The notes: generated by a model from the letters alone, not told the origin. 64,000 nucleotides of DNA from Geosiphon pyriformis uo1 (GCA_016748015.1 JAAOMT010000222.1:3924-67923), one strand, 5' to 3'. Positions 49,684 through 63,600 are shown, counted from the first letter of the stretch. Numbers and translations: made by a program.

Positions 49684-52265
49684 TCATTTTTTATTCTTGG
49701 CCGGTGAACTATCCACAGCAGATTCATCAATAGCTTTGCGATACATAAAAGTCTTAGGTCTGTGTTCCAGAAGTGACTTAATATGATTCGTAAGGTTTAT
49801 AATACGATACTATACATAGACATTAGTTAAAAAAGTAGTGATTTTTATATATACTATAATAAGAAAGATAAATAATACCTTAAATCCTAGCATTGCTTTA
49901 ATGATGCTCGAAAGTTCATTTAATTGATTTGTGGTGTCAGGAATAGTAAAACCATTAACCTGGTCAACCAAATAAAGACCATTGACCCAATGAGCAGAAT
50001 ATATGAAAAAGTCTCTCTCTAAATTAAAAGTATGTAATGAGAATCAAAAGTATAATTATAAAAGGAAAAAACTTTTAAAATATGTATTGAGATACATACT
50101 GTATACTTGTATACCAAACGTTTCTAATTGCTCAAGATCTTTCTTCGGAACTTTTCTTTCTAATAATAATTTTCGCAACTTGTAAAGAGATAGTTGCATC
50201 GCTAATTAAATTAAAACAAAAGATTTAACAACTTTCACTGGTAAAATCAAAAACCCCACTTTTTTTATTTACCTTTCAGCATCTTTTCTCGGTCCTCATT
50301 CAACTTATTATCGTCATGTTTACATGGATTGCCAACAACTTCACCAAAACCAACTTGAATATCTTTACTCAGAAACTTTACCATTAAGATCGCATCGTGG
50401 AACCATCCAATTGCTCTTTTCTGTCCTGGTAGTCTTGAACCATCCTTCTGATCTTTTCGATCAATATTTTCTACCTCTCCTCTGATTACAAATGTAATAA
50501 ATGCATCAGTGTATTATAAGACTCTTTAGAATATGCACAAAGACAAGGCACTTACGTTCGCATGTAAATTGCAGGATTAACATCTAAGAATATATCCTCC
50601 CAAAGCTTATTAATTAGACGATCACAGTAAGCATATTCGGATAAACTTGCATCGTGAAAAAAATCCATTGGCATCTGAAAACATGTAATGCTTTCCATAT
50701 ATTTGTGAAGGTTAGTATAATAACATATAAAAACAAATAGCCCATTAATATAATAATATCCTTACAATGAAGTATACACTAGTTGGACCCAGTGAAGAAG
50801 CCAGTCTCTTTGAAATAGATATTCTGTTCTTCCTTTCTCAAATGGATTTTCATTTATTACTAACGATATTTTATTAACGTTTGAACTAAATCCAATTGTG
50901 TGTTCTTTGATGGCTTCGTCATATTTAATTAAGAGATTCACTATGTCTGCTGGTATCGCTACTGAAAAAGAGCCAATTATTTTTTCTTCTGCCTAAGAAA
51001 AATCATCGTAAATATTATTACTTTCTCGGTTGTATTGATAATTAAAAAAAACACAAACCATTTGCCAGTCATGTTCAGACGTTGCCCATTCTTGACTTGT
51101 CAGAAGATTCTTTATTGGATCTTGTTTATTATCCTCGGGCAAAAAAATTATTTTATATCTCGCAATACCTTCACCATAGTTCAGAAGCCTTTTAACAATT
51201 GGATTTGTAACTTCCTATGATGTCAGAAGATAAATTGGTAAAAACTCAAAACTATGCGAAAAAAATTGGAAATACAAGAATGATGAAACAAACCTCTATT
51301 GTAATAAGTTCTTTTAAGAACTTGTATTCATCAAATTCATCATGTGGCTCAGCTTCAATAGATGATGATTCATCAGGTTCCTCATCAAAAAATTCGTCGT
51401 AATCTCTCTTCCGTCTCAAAGCTATTATTTCCATATCATGAATTAAATCTTTGTTAATTTACTTTTTAATTCTGCTTTTCATTAATTACATACCTTCATT
51501 ACTTTCAATTGTTTCTTTATTTGGTTCCTGTTTGGAAGAATTGTGCTGATAAGATATTAAATAATTAACAGATAAACACATAAAAAATGAAAAGAATAAT
51601 TTGAGTATTAGGGCAGACTTAACATTAACTTGTTTCCATGCTTGAGATTTAATGTATATTTTTGCCTCAGTAACTTGAGTTGCAATCATTAAATGTTGGT
51701 CCGCCTGATTGAAAATAAACAATCACAAATGTTACCTGATATTTCAAGCACATTAAAAAAATGATATTGCATTACCTCCAACATTTTCACTTCGTCTTCA
51801 ACGTGATTATATATACGATTTGAGAAATGATTTAACCAAAACTTGTCAATGCGGCCCATTTTTTTGGAATCCATCTCACAAATACAAATATGTGTAAAGC
51901 AAATTATTTTTATCAAAGTGAGTCAAAAAATCGAACAGCAAGTTACAAGCTGGCTGTAGCAGAGGCGTAGTCCATAACCATGCGGAGACGTAGTCCCATG
52001 GGTAGCTGCATGAATGTAACAAAGCTATCCAAAGAAAATTTTATACCTCGAATTGTTTCTCGAAACGTATTGCATTCTGTTTCTCCTTTCCTGAACCATG
52101 AATAGCTATATAATTTATTTGTTTTTCAATTGCTCTTGCTACAGAAGCTCTATCCATAGTGAGTTTGGCAGCTTTCCATGCCTTGTGGTATTGAAGAATA
52201 TCCCAATCTTCGCAAGGAGTATTAAGAAAGTAGCTAAATCCAGGCCTTCCAGTGTCTAATAGCAT
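49684..52265 (-). CDS. intact 12-exon gene, putative PD-(D/E)xK-like (restriction-endonuclease fold) protein with N-terminal helical domain and acidic linker
   Basis: Manual splicing at GT..AG introns gives an uninterrupted frame: MLLDTGRPGFSYFLNTPCEDWDILQYH...LSEYAYCDRLINKLWEDIF...MRTGEVEN...GWFHDAILMV...VGFGEVVG...DNKLNEDREKMLKAMQ...ETFGIQVY...GLYLVDQVNGFTIPDT...SSPAKNKK*. Approximate exons: 52265-52047, 51874-51776, 51704-51624, 51546-51495, 51422-51294, 51214-51059, 50992-50767, 50690-50556, 50482-50273, 50202-50100, 50020-49880, 49809-49684. The gene model is well supported; the fold call is inference. Confidence 0.8.
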
Positions 52266-52744
52266 TATTGTCACTGTAACTTGAACTCAAATTTGTGAAT
52301 TTTCCATTTTTTATCAATCGATATCTGTTTATATTTGGTTTCAAATTCAATCAGTCATTTCATTATTATCACATTTCTTAATTAAATTAAAAAGAATTAA
52401 TATATTAATAATTGAATACCAATAGTTAAACACAACATTTTGATTCAAAAAGAAGTTGCTAAATTTCATTTTGTAATTAATTAATTTTGTTGTTTTCATA
52501 TATGAAAATCAAATATATTAATTATTGGTTTGATTTTTAGAACATATAGTAAAAATAATGTTATATAAATTGTAAAATCTTGTTTTATTAAGAATTTTTA
52601 TGTCTTTTATTAGTTTTGTTATGTGAACCAAACATGAAATTGGACCAAATTGTTTATGTTTAAGTCTAAAAATTTGAAAAATATAGATATTATATTATTA
52701 TAATTAAAACTTATAAATTTTATTAGTTATCATATGTATTAACC

Positions 52745-53320
52745 AATAATATTATATAATTAACTATTCTATTTTTAAATAATAATTATTATCTTAATTA
52801 ATAATTTAATTATTGATTTGATCATTAATTTGATTATTTACTTGATTATTGATTTAATTATTAATCTGGTTATTAATTACTTTAAATAGTTATATAAGTA
52901 ATGTATTTTTCAGCTTTAAAAAAACATGTTTTAATATACAAAACATATATAAATCAAAGTAATAAAAATCACTTTTAAATATTCAATTTTTTTTAATTTA
53001 CTTATTTTTTTTCCCAATTTCTTTTAAGTATTTAAATATTTTTGTGATAAAAAATTATTTGTTGATATTTATCTGTAATTGTTAATTTTAAAGATTATTG
53101 AATAAATATTACTAAAGAATATAATTGATATCTAATATTAAATTCTAAGAATTTTAACATAAAACATAGAATTATATTAATGTGTTATTTTTTGTTAATA
53201 GTATAGATTATTTTTTTACCTTCAGATTTTTTTGTTATTTTTTAGAAAAAATAACAACTAAAATATTTATAAGATTAATTTTATATATTAAATCTGTACT
53301 AATTTAATTTATTTTTTAAA
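52745..53320 (+). repeat. right arm of the ~560-bp inverted repeat pair
   Basis: For example 53241-53320 matches the reverse complement of 48361-48440. 12-bp array TTATTGATTTGA-like at about 52795-52878. Confidence 0.88.
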
Positions 53321-53899
53321 ATTAAAATTTTTTTTAATTATTTTTATTACTATATAATTTTGTTATACTTTGTTATCTATTAATTTGTTATTCTAATTTG
53401 TAATAATATTATAAATATAATTATTTGTTTAATTATAAAATTAGTGTTTTTACATATTTAATATATTATTAAAACTAAATATATTAGTAAAAAAAAGACA
53501 TGTTTTTAGTTTTTATATTATTTAATTTTTATATTATTCAAACATTAAAACAAATTATTTAAGTGTGTATTAGTTAAAAAAATGGTTTTTTATTTTTATA
53601 TTATTTAAATACTAAATAAAACTGTGTTTTTATGTTTATTTTATATATTAGTAAGAAAAATAAATAAATATATTACAATTATTTTTACTTTTATATTACT
53701 TATTTTAATCTAATTTTTATTTATTATAAAAATAAAAAAGTTTAAAATAATTATAATTTGTTAAAAAACTTATTTAAATTTTATTTAATATTAAGCTTTA
53801 TTATCAAATAAATAATATTTTCAATTTTCAAAAAAAGTATTTTACTATTTTTTTTTCTTTATATTTGTAAATTTTTTAATATTTTTTTTATTTATTTAT

Positions 53900-56160
53900 T
53901 AAAGTTTAACAAACAAGGCCCAAAAGCTACCTAAAACAATATATCAAAGAATCAATCTAAATTAAACACTAATCATGCATTTTTTACATATGACCAGCCA
54001 CTCAGACCAGTCAAGAACATATTATGCTGATGCTACAAAAGAAAACTTATCCAAAGATGACATTTTTTGAATAACAGAAAACAAAGTTATACTACAAGAA
54101 ACCAAACCAACTAACCACTCAGCAGTTTTAAAAGAATTAGTTTTAACATTAACAGACTTATGCTTCCAAAGGGACATTAAGTTGAAAAACATCTTATTAC
54201 TTATAATAAGTGGAAGCTCTGAATTATTAGACATATTAAAGTTTTTTATACAGCATTTTTTTTTCAAAGAAACCACTTTTTTTCTCAACTTACCAACAGT
54301 CCTACTAAAAGAACTCATATACACTAAAATCTCATTGATCTTAAGATCAAAAGCACTACTTAAAACCAAATTACTATTAATAAACTATTCAAAAGTTGTA
54401 ACCAAAGAGCCAATAAGCTTAACAATAGACTTAACCAAAGCAGAAAGCTTAGTTAAATCAGATTCCAAAGAAGACAAACAGGACAGCACTAAAAAATTAC
54501 TAACAACAGCTAGAGAAAAAACAAAAGGCAACAGAGATAAAAATCCAGAGAAGTCCAAGGGAACAGAAGCCTTAGCATAAGACTTAGGATTAACAAAACA
54601 TGATGTAAATATCTTAGGAAACTTGGAAAGAGGAAGTGGAGAAATCTTACAGTCTACAGCCAGATAGCCTAGCTTTTGATACTTGAAACAATGCCAACAA
54701 CCAGAAGTTTTTTACCAAATATGTCATTTTCTCAGTGTATCAGTTTTAACAATAGCAGAGTCCAAATTAGCTTAGAAACCAAATATAACCAAAGCAAACT
54801 GGGAACAATGACCAGACTCAAGAGAATAAGGAATAAAACAAGTCCAATCACCAACTTGAGAAATCATATTACTAATCTCAAAAGCTGTACAGTCAGAAGA
54901 AAGATTAACCAACTTGGCCTTAAACTTATTATAAGACAAAATAGTCTCATTTTGATTTACCAGAGGGAGAATTCTAATACTATCCTTGCCCATCAAGACT
55001 AATCAATGATTCAAAGCAGACAGAACAGAGCCCAACTTCTTAAAATAAACTACCACATACTGCCAAATACCAACAAACTTTAGCACAACATAAATAATAC
55101 TACTAAATACACTAAAAGCTGTCTTAATATTAGCAACAGATACATTCAAGAACACATCATGCAGTACAACAGCAGCAGAAGAGGAACCAGACTCAGAAAT
55201 TACCAAAGATTTGGCAATTTTGAGGATGGCCAAATATACAGAGCTTGTAAGTTCAACCAAAAATGCAGCTTTTAAAGACACTTGAGAAGCAAACTCTACA
55301 TAAAACAGCTTCATATTGTTCTTTAACACTGACTTTGCATCCAAAAAACCATGTACTAACTGAAAAACAGTCTTAACATAAGCCAATTTAATCTTAAAAG
55401 TATTACCAGGCACCAGAGTGGAGGCCACCTATTCAGCAAACTTTTGATGACTAGTAATAGTTTCTTAAGCATCACTAAAAATAGTACCAGAAACTAAAGA
55501 AGAAGATAATTCAGTTTCTATTTGATCAGCCCAGTTCTTAAGAACAGGTGACTCAACAGAAGGAGATTGTTTTGTTTCCAAAACTGGTGATGATCTATCA
55601 GAAGACACCACATTTAGCAATACAGCCAGTGGGTGATCTAGGTCTATCTTAGACAATATGTTAGATAATGCTATGGAAATCTCATCTAAGATCTCATTGG
55701 AAACCACAAAGGGGTTCGGTATAACAATAGCAGAGGCAAGCGACTACTCCCACTTTTTTGAACTTTTGGTTTTTTTGACTATTTTTTTTGAAGAGGTGAT
55801 ACTAGTAGCACTAAGAATTGAATCTATGGAGGGGAAAACCAGCTTATTTACTGGTCTATTATTAAAAACTTTTGGGCTCTTAGTCAGAGTGGAGGCAACA
55901 TTGAAACTAATTTAAGTGTGTCTCTTTGAGGAAACTTTGACTGGTAAAAAACCAGCCAAAGATGAAGAAGTTGCTTCAGTGGCCACCAAAGACAGCTTAT
56001 TACGATTACTGGGTAAAAAAAAGGCTTCTAAAACATTTTGCTTAGTTGCTTCCACAACAGAGAGAGCTCTTCTGGTTGAAATTTTATTAAATATCTCAAG
56101 ACAGATATTAAGTGTAGCTTTTTTACTCTTTGCTTTAGTCGTGATCATAAAATTAAGAAA
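53900..56160 (-). mobile_element. ORF1-only LINE-derived retroposon with a LINE D-like 3' UTR
   Basis: ORF pieces starting at 56148, 55707, 55428, 54996 and 54369 share one frame ending at 54022 (708 codons). RRM-like segments and a decayed CCHC (CFKYQKLGYLAVDC). 53955-54021 matches the D 3' UTR at 13715-13781. Confidence 0.8.
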
Positions 56161-56749
56161 ACAAAGAGTTAAAATTTTCCTACATATTTTTATTCAAGTT
56201 TAAAGTAAATAAATTATTATTTTTGTTTAGCAATACAGTAATTACAAAACAAAAAACAATTACAACTATATACCATATTTTTTATTAATATCTCAATTTA
56301 AATATTTAGAAATTGGCTAAAATTTATTTTTAAAAAACTTGAATTTTAAAACTTATTATTATTATAATTTTTGTTTAATTTTATTAAATTTTTTAGTTTT
56401 TTTTAGTTTTTTTGAATTTTTTAAGTTTTAATTTTTTATTATTAATATTTATTTAATCTTTGTTATCTTTTAAAAATTTGATAAAAATAATTTAACAGAA
56501 TTTGATTTTTGTTAATAATTTTATATAATAATTGCTTTTAATTTGCATATAATAAAATTTTTTAATAATTAAAAAAATAAAATTAATGTTTAAATAAAAA
56601 ATTTATACAATTTAAATAAAAGAATACTTATTATAAATCAATTTTTTTAATTTGTTTGTAAAAAGTTTATATAATTTCAAAAATATTTAATTGTAATTAT
56701 ATTAAAAGTATTGAATTAAAAGGAACACATTTGTTAAATTATTTTAAAA

Positions 56750-57639
56750 AAGAATCTGTCAGTCATGTGACATAAAGTCAAAGAACATTCAAACATTGTT
56801 AAAAATGAGTGGGCTGATTTTTTTGCTAATGCAGCAGTTTTTTTTAAGTCTGTACTGCTTTTTGATGTGTTGTGTTGCTTCTTTAATGTTGAAAACAGAT
56901 CTGTTTCTAAGAATGCATGTCACTTTATTAGGTGTTTATTTGATGCAGTTAATTTTGTTGGTTGGAAATCTAAATGTGTTATCTGTGTTGTAAATATAAA
57001 TATTGTTGGCAATATCAATGTGGCCAAATCTTTCAGTGTTTGGCATCTTAATAACAAGATTCACTCTGGTTACACCAGTTTATTCTCAGCTTCTCTGCAG
57101 TTCTATTTGATGAAGGCTTTGTACTATTACCTATCAGTCATCATGAAGAAAAAATTATATAATTCTAAGTATTCTAGCATGACATGTATTAGATGTGGAA
57201 TAGTTGAGGATTCTGATCACATGTTTTTATGTGCATATGATACTAATACCAGAAAGAATTTGTTATTGACTACTAGTATAGAATGATATAAGCTAATTGG
57301 TAATTCTATTATGGGAAGTGTAATTGTTCAGTCCTTACATAAGGCTAAAGTATCTGGTAATTTGTATACATTATTAGCCAAGAGGTTTGTCTAAAAGAGC
57401 TAAGTGGCTAACATTATCTACCATTTTGGTTCTGTGTCTAATGGCAGTTTGGTTGTTAGGTTAGTTTGCAGTATTGCCAAAAGTTACAGATCTAATATCT
57501 GGTTGTTTGTTGCCAAATTAAAATCTTTTTATAAAAAACACAATCTTTTACCACATAATAGATCTGCTGTACTTTTAGTTGTCAGTTTGTTGTTTTGTTG
57601 ACCTATTGAGATTATCTGCAACTTTAGTATTAGATTGGA
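56750..57639 (+). mobile_element. LINE ORF2 3' fragment (H): RNase H end and C-terminal Cys/His domain, interrupted by E
   Basis: HKVKEHSNIVKNEWAD, SVWHLNNKIHSGYTS and CIRCGIVEDSDHMFLC. Confidence 0.88.
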
Positions 57640-58400
57640 TATTCAGGATTCTCAATGAGGAATTGCAGAATTCCAGAATTTCAGAATTCCTCTCAAAGAA
57701 ATCACAGAATTCCAGGAATTTCAGGATTTCTGTCATGAAGAATCAAAGAATTGAGGAATTTCAATTATGTATATATAGCAGTAGTGTTAGAAACAGAAAA
57801 GACAGAATTGATACCACAGAATCCTTAGTCTAGAAACGCAATTATCAAATAAATAATTATTTTATATCTCTATCCACTTCCTCACTATCAACCCTTCATG
57901 TTGATAGTAATTGATACTTGATCACACTGGAAAAATAGCTTTTGATCACGGCTATTGACAGGATACTAATCTACAAATCATCTTGGCTTATTTTTTTTTT
58001 TCTTTATTTTCTTTTATTTCTCTTTCTTTATTTTATTTTGATTTGTTGTTGTATACTAATTGATTAAAGATTAAGCATTGAATTATTGACATTAAGGATA
58101 GTCTGGTAAAAGACCCAGAAATAAGAGTATAATTTTATATATTATCAGATAGCTTACCAGAAGGGCACGACTGCCAGAATAAAACTGGCCGCCAAGCTGA
58201 GAAAAAAATTGGGCATAATTGCGACTCCAGGAAAAACTACTACCATCACCACTGAATCTCTGTCCATTATACAAAGAACTCCACAACAAAACCTTCAGAT
58301 CAACCAATACCTTCAGATATTACCAATCACATTATATCAATTGAGCACCAAGTTATGAGTTTGTTATTCAATTCAACAACAGAAATAATCACCTGTAACA
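57640..58400 (+). repeat. 5' LTR of E (~761 bp; left end inferred)
   Basis: TATTCAGG (decayed TGTTCAGG) lies where LINE homology stops and is inverted to the terminal CCTGTAACA. Confidence 0.75.
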
Positions 58401-58418
58401 TTTGGTGCTCCCTGTGAA
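58401..58418 (+). promoter_or_regulatory. primer-binding site of E
   Basis: TT-TGGTGCTCCCTGTGAA. Confidence 0.85.
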
Positions 58419-61400
58419 GTATAATCCTACAGAGAACCAGCACTGACAACACCAAACCAAAAGTGGCAGAATCAGAAATTATAGAAGCAAACTATTTAGG
58501 ATTTGCAAAATCCTTATTTTAACACTATTGTCAATACTTGAGATTAAATCACAATTATATATCCGCCGAATCAGCCTTCAATTTCTATGTCAACAAAAAG
58601 ATTTCCTCTTTATTAGAAACACCAGTAAACACTAAATCAGCAAGAGAAACTTTCTATAAAGAATTAATTCAAAATACCAACCTACCAACAAACTATAATT
58701 TTGCATCCATCATCACTGAGATCAACAAAGAAATTGAATACCACACTCAACAAAGATATCCAATTACATATGCTAGTAAAGACAAGAAAAAATTACAAAC
58801 ACCAGCAGTAACACTCCAAAAAATACAGCCACCTGCTTGGAAGAAAAACAGAATTGAATCCCCAAGTAACTCATCATACCACTATATATCTGGAAGCGCC
58901 ATCAACATATCATTAACCGACGTGTTTCCATCAACTGTGACATCAGCATTTGGACAATTTCCATTCCAAAGTAGACAAAAAAAAACAGAATTATTAGGAC
59001 CATATGGTGAATACTTTGAGGGATTTAATTCGCGATTATCAACCCCATCAGGATTTCGATCACCACCACCTTCACCAGATTTTGGAATCTCTAATCTGTG
59101 GGAAGCAGCAGAATCAGAAAAGGAGGAAGAAGAATCAGAGGATCAAGAATTTACTTACCAGCACCTGATTACTGAAAACCCGGAAGTTGAAACCCCGAAC
59201 ATTCAAACTCAGCAACAGTTAGAAAATCCGGAAATTGAAACTCTGAATATTCAAACGCCACCAAATCTAAGAAATCAAAACCCCGAATTAATTAATCAGC
59301 AAAACTTACCTCCGGTAATTGTCATCGATCAACTGCTGATTAATCCCATAGCTGAACCCATATAGCAGCCACTTTAGCTACCACTCCAACAGCCAGGACA
59401 ACAACAACTGCTTCAACAGCCACCACAACCACCTAACTTAGATCCAATGGCCTACGCACCAATTGCAAAACTTGACAACTTTACGGGCAAAGAGGATGAT
59501 GCTCAAATATGGCTGAATGATATAGAAAAGGCCATCGCAGCCAATGGATGGAATGATGCCCAAGCCATGCAAACTATTCCCTACTTTCTCAAGGATACCG
59601 CCAATTCATGGTATCAGAGCTTGGTTAATAAACCACAAGATTTCAATGCCTTCAAAGTGGAATTCCTAAGATATTTCAGCAACAATAATAGCATCAATTG
59701 TTTGGTCAATACATTCACCACCATGAAACAAGGAGAAACTGAAGCAGTCACTACTTACCTGGGACACTTCTATCAAAACTTGCACCAAATTTAAGCAATT
59801 AATGACAACTATTTCACAGTACCACAGATACTCAACCAGTTTATCCATGGCCTATGCAGCAGCATCTTACAACATGTATGTTTGTTGCATCCTGACACAC
59901 TTCAAGATGCAGTCACACATGCCAGAGATTTTAAATCTGCTGAGTCAGAGGCTAACCATGCCCAAGCCGTTAATCTAGTAATGAACAGATCATCTGAATT
60001 GGATTCCAAATTGGAGAAGTTCAGTGAATTAATTAATAAGAGATTGGAAAGATATTTAACTGACAATCACGCCATTTATCAGCCTCCACAACGACGCAAT
60101 AATCAAAGAAATTATAATTGTGGCCAAAATCAACCACATTCATCTTCATTAACCAATCAACAGTGGCAACAGGAAATGCTATCTGCCACTATTGTGGTAA
60201 ACAAAAACATATCCAAATTGACTGTCGCCAGTATTTAAATAACCAATGATCAGAAAATCCATATTGAAGCTCCGATTGCCGGTTCCAAACTCTGAATCAA
60301 TACCCAAATCAAAACCCACCCACTTACCTACTAGTGACGCAGTCATCAGTCTCCAGTATATCAACTTCTGATTTATCAGCTGCAGCCACAAGTAATATAT
60401 TAACCACAGCCACAAATAATTTATCAACCCCAACAGATCCAAACACCATCCCAAAACTTACCATCCAACAGAACATAAAGACTGAGAATGACTCAACAGA
60501 GCTGGAGATCGGTGATAGTAGTTCATCAACCGATCCCCAGTTCTTTACAGCAACCATCTGGATTATGCCAGTGGAATTTGGGTACTGGTCAACCCCAGAA
60601 CCCGAATTTCCAGAACTATTTAAGTCTCCTGGTCACTCCAGAAGATGCTTCAACCAATAACCTGGCATTTACCCCAAAACAACCACTCACCAGTAATATC
60701 TCACCTGCTACTATCACTGAAGATGAGTTATTGGTTGCTATCTTCCCATTCGAATTCGAGGAAACAGCTACAACGTCATTGTTTAGTGGAGCCACTCTTG
60801 AAGCCAAACCAATCACCATGATGTACACTGATGCCAAAGTTGAAGGACAATCCATCAAATTGATCCTGAACAGTGGTTCTGCAGGCAGCATAATCACAAG
60901 ACAACTTATGGATCAATTAGGTCACCAAGTTGATCAAGCTGCCAGCGCCAAAATCATCACCACTGATGGAGCGACCAAAACTCCAATTGGCGAAATTAAC
61001 AACTTTCCTTTTGAAGTCAATGACATCATGACTTTTATTAAAGTTCTAGTGATGGAAGCCACTCAATACCAAGCTCTCATTGGTAATGACTGGCTATCCA
61101 AAGTCAATGCAACATTAGACTGGAACACCCAAGAACTCCAGCTAACGTATCAGGACCAACACATACATGTCCCGGTTACGTGTGGCCACTTCAAAACTCC
61201 TCCAAGAGAGAAACTATTGATCGAACTGAAGAAGAAGAAAGAAAAACCAACCTGAAAAGCCTACCAAGTGTTGTGGACAGATGAAGAGCACAACAAACTA
61301 CCACCAATACTCTCCTGGGACGACAGCAACAAGAGAAAAGGGAAACAAAAGGAAGAACTTATCTGGGAAACTGATAACCTGACATAGACCAACAACAACG

Positions 61401-62620
61401 AGAGCAAACCGATTTCAAGCTGGGAATGGGAAGAGGACAAAGAAAATAAAGGAAAAGGGAAAGAAGAAGAGACCACCCAAACCATCACTGCGTATCATAA
61501 TACCTACACTATTCCACAACAATCTACCTATTGTCAACCTAAGCTTATATGCGTCAATTGTGACAAAAAATTGTTGTCAATGGGTGCATGCTGTGGTGAC
61601 GATGAGGAATACCATACCACAACAAAATTCTACTGTTGTTCATGCTTACTCGAATGCTTTGGACAACCAAAGAGGCAAGGAAAATAGGATAACCAACCTT
61701 GTTTCACTTGTGGGGAGACCCTGCTAGATGAAGGGATGTGGAACAACATCCCAGAATGTGGAGGAACGTGCGATGTATCGTGTCAATACATGATTCTAAT
61801 AAGCGACTGGGTAAGGAAAAGAACCCCAATGGAAGCAGCCTGGCAAAGAGCCGTACAGTGACTGGACAGTTGCCCACATGATGATGACGAAATTTGGCGA
61901 ATGGCACTTGCCAAAATTGAAGGGGCAATGCCAAAAGAAATAAAAATGATCAAAGACAACTCCCCAGAATTTTTAGAGCTTGACTGGGACGCAGAACCCA
62001 TCATAAACCTCCTGGATCTGGAACAATTCCATGAACACTACCAAGAATTAGCACCCACAAGGGAAGAACAAGAACAATGGTTAGAGCAGTTGAACACTCA
62101 ACTATGTCAACACTGCCTAATTCCCTGTGACTTCCAGTATTGTGATAAGTGTGACCTTATTTACAATCCACCACCATGCATGATCTATATGATCCCGGAA
62201 GAGGAAGAACCAATTAGCAGCTGCACATCAGAATCAGAATTGCCAATCAATCGTGATTCAAACTCTGACAATGACAATGACAACAAATGGCAATGACAAT
62301 GGCAATAATTCTAACTCAGAAACAAACTCCGATTTAAACTATGAACAATACATTGCACTACCAGATCTCTCCAAGGAACAAGAGTTGAAATGGTATAGTG
62401 ACAATGAGGAAGGTATTATGCCAGAACGTGTGCATAATACTGATGCAGGGTTTGATCTGAGATATCCAGGAAAAAATGCCATCAAATTGGAACCACATTC
62501 ATGCACCTGCATTGATCTGAAAATAGCACTAGAAATTCTGGCAACAACAATGGTTCAATTAGCATCTAGGAGTAGTTTAGCGAAAAGAGGGATTAATATA
62601 AGAGGAGGAATAATTGACAC

Positions 62621-63600
62621 TGTTACCAAATGAAATTAGAGATATTATTTAGCATGAAATTATCTTATAATTCTTATCATTAATTAGCATATATTATCAT
62701 TTCAAATAATTACTTATTACATTAGCAAAAATGTCCGAAATTATCATTTAATTAATAACCCAAATTGTACACAACACAAATGTAACCTAATTGTGATGAT
62801 TAATCATGCAATACCCCGAACTATGTAACATTCAAAAAGTTTGCCAAAATTTGTAGAAATTCACCGAAATAATTGATAGTTCACCAAAATATCTAATAGT
62901 TCACTGAAATAACTTATAGTTTGCCAAAATGTATCTTTAGTTCAGCAAAATTTTAGAAAATAGCAAAGTTCAAGTTCATAAAATAGTGTTACAACAAGTT
63001 GTATAAAAGAAGAGCTTCTCTCTTCAAGAAAATGTATCTCACTTTAGATTTATCTCTTAAAACCGTTCCTATACACACAAAAAGAAATAAATATCAAATA
63101 ATTCAAAAAACCAAATTCTTTAATTATTGTACTTGGAAAATCCCCAAAACCCAACTAATATTTCGAAATTGATTAGCTACCAATTTCAGTAAACTGTTAG
63201 TGACTCCAGGCCTGGATAGAAAATGTTTCCTTTGATAAGATCCTATTTCTTTTACACTTCTTTTATTTTTCTTTCTTTTCTTATTACAATCATTAAGGTA
63301 GCCTACAGACGAGATTCCTGTAGAAGAGTTAACTTTCACAGCAAAGTAACTACACATTTTTAGTGAGCTTCCAGACGAGCAATTCCTGGGAAAGAGTTGA
63401 TGTTTACTACAATGTAACTACATAAAGCAACTGGCATGGAATTGGCCATTCCACTCATAAGTCCAGCAAGTTCAAATTATAGGAGATAATTTGAAGATAA
63501 ATTCAGTTACTGGAGGTTCAACCACATCTAGAAAACGTGAATTTACAGCAAATAAGTATCAACAACATTACAGAAAAGAGACCAAAAACCTCCAGTAACA
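62621..63600 (+). repeat. solo-type LTR of the A/C family (980 bp)
   Basis: TGTTACCAAATG...CCAGTAACA. No PPT before it and no PBS after it. Confidence 0.95.

Larger units (their letters stand above)
57640..62620 (+). mobile_element. Ty3/Gypsy element E, 5' half (LTR, PBS, gag, protease, Cys-rich domain, dUTPase to motif III)
   Basis: LTR ends CCTGTAACA at 58400, followed by PBS TTTGGTGCTCCCTGTG. MAYAPIAKLDNFTGKEDDAQIW capsid, KLILNSGSAGS, DAGFDL...GGIID. Confidence 0.93.
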
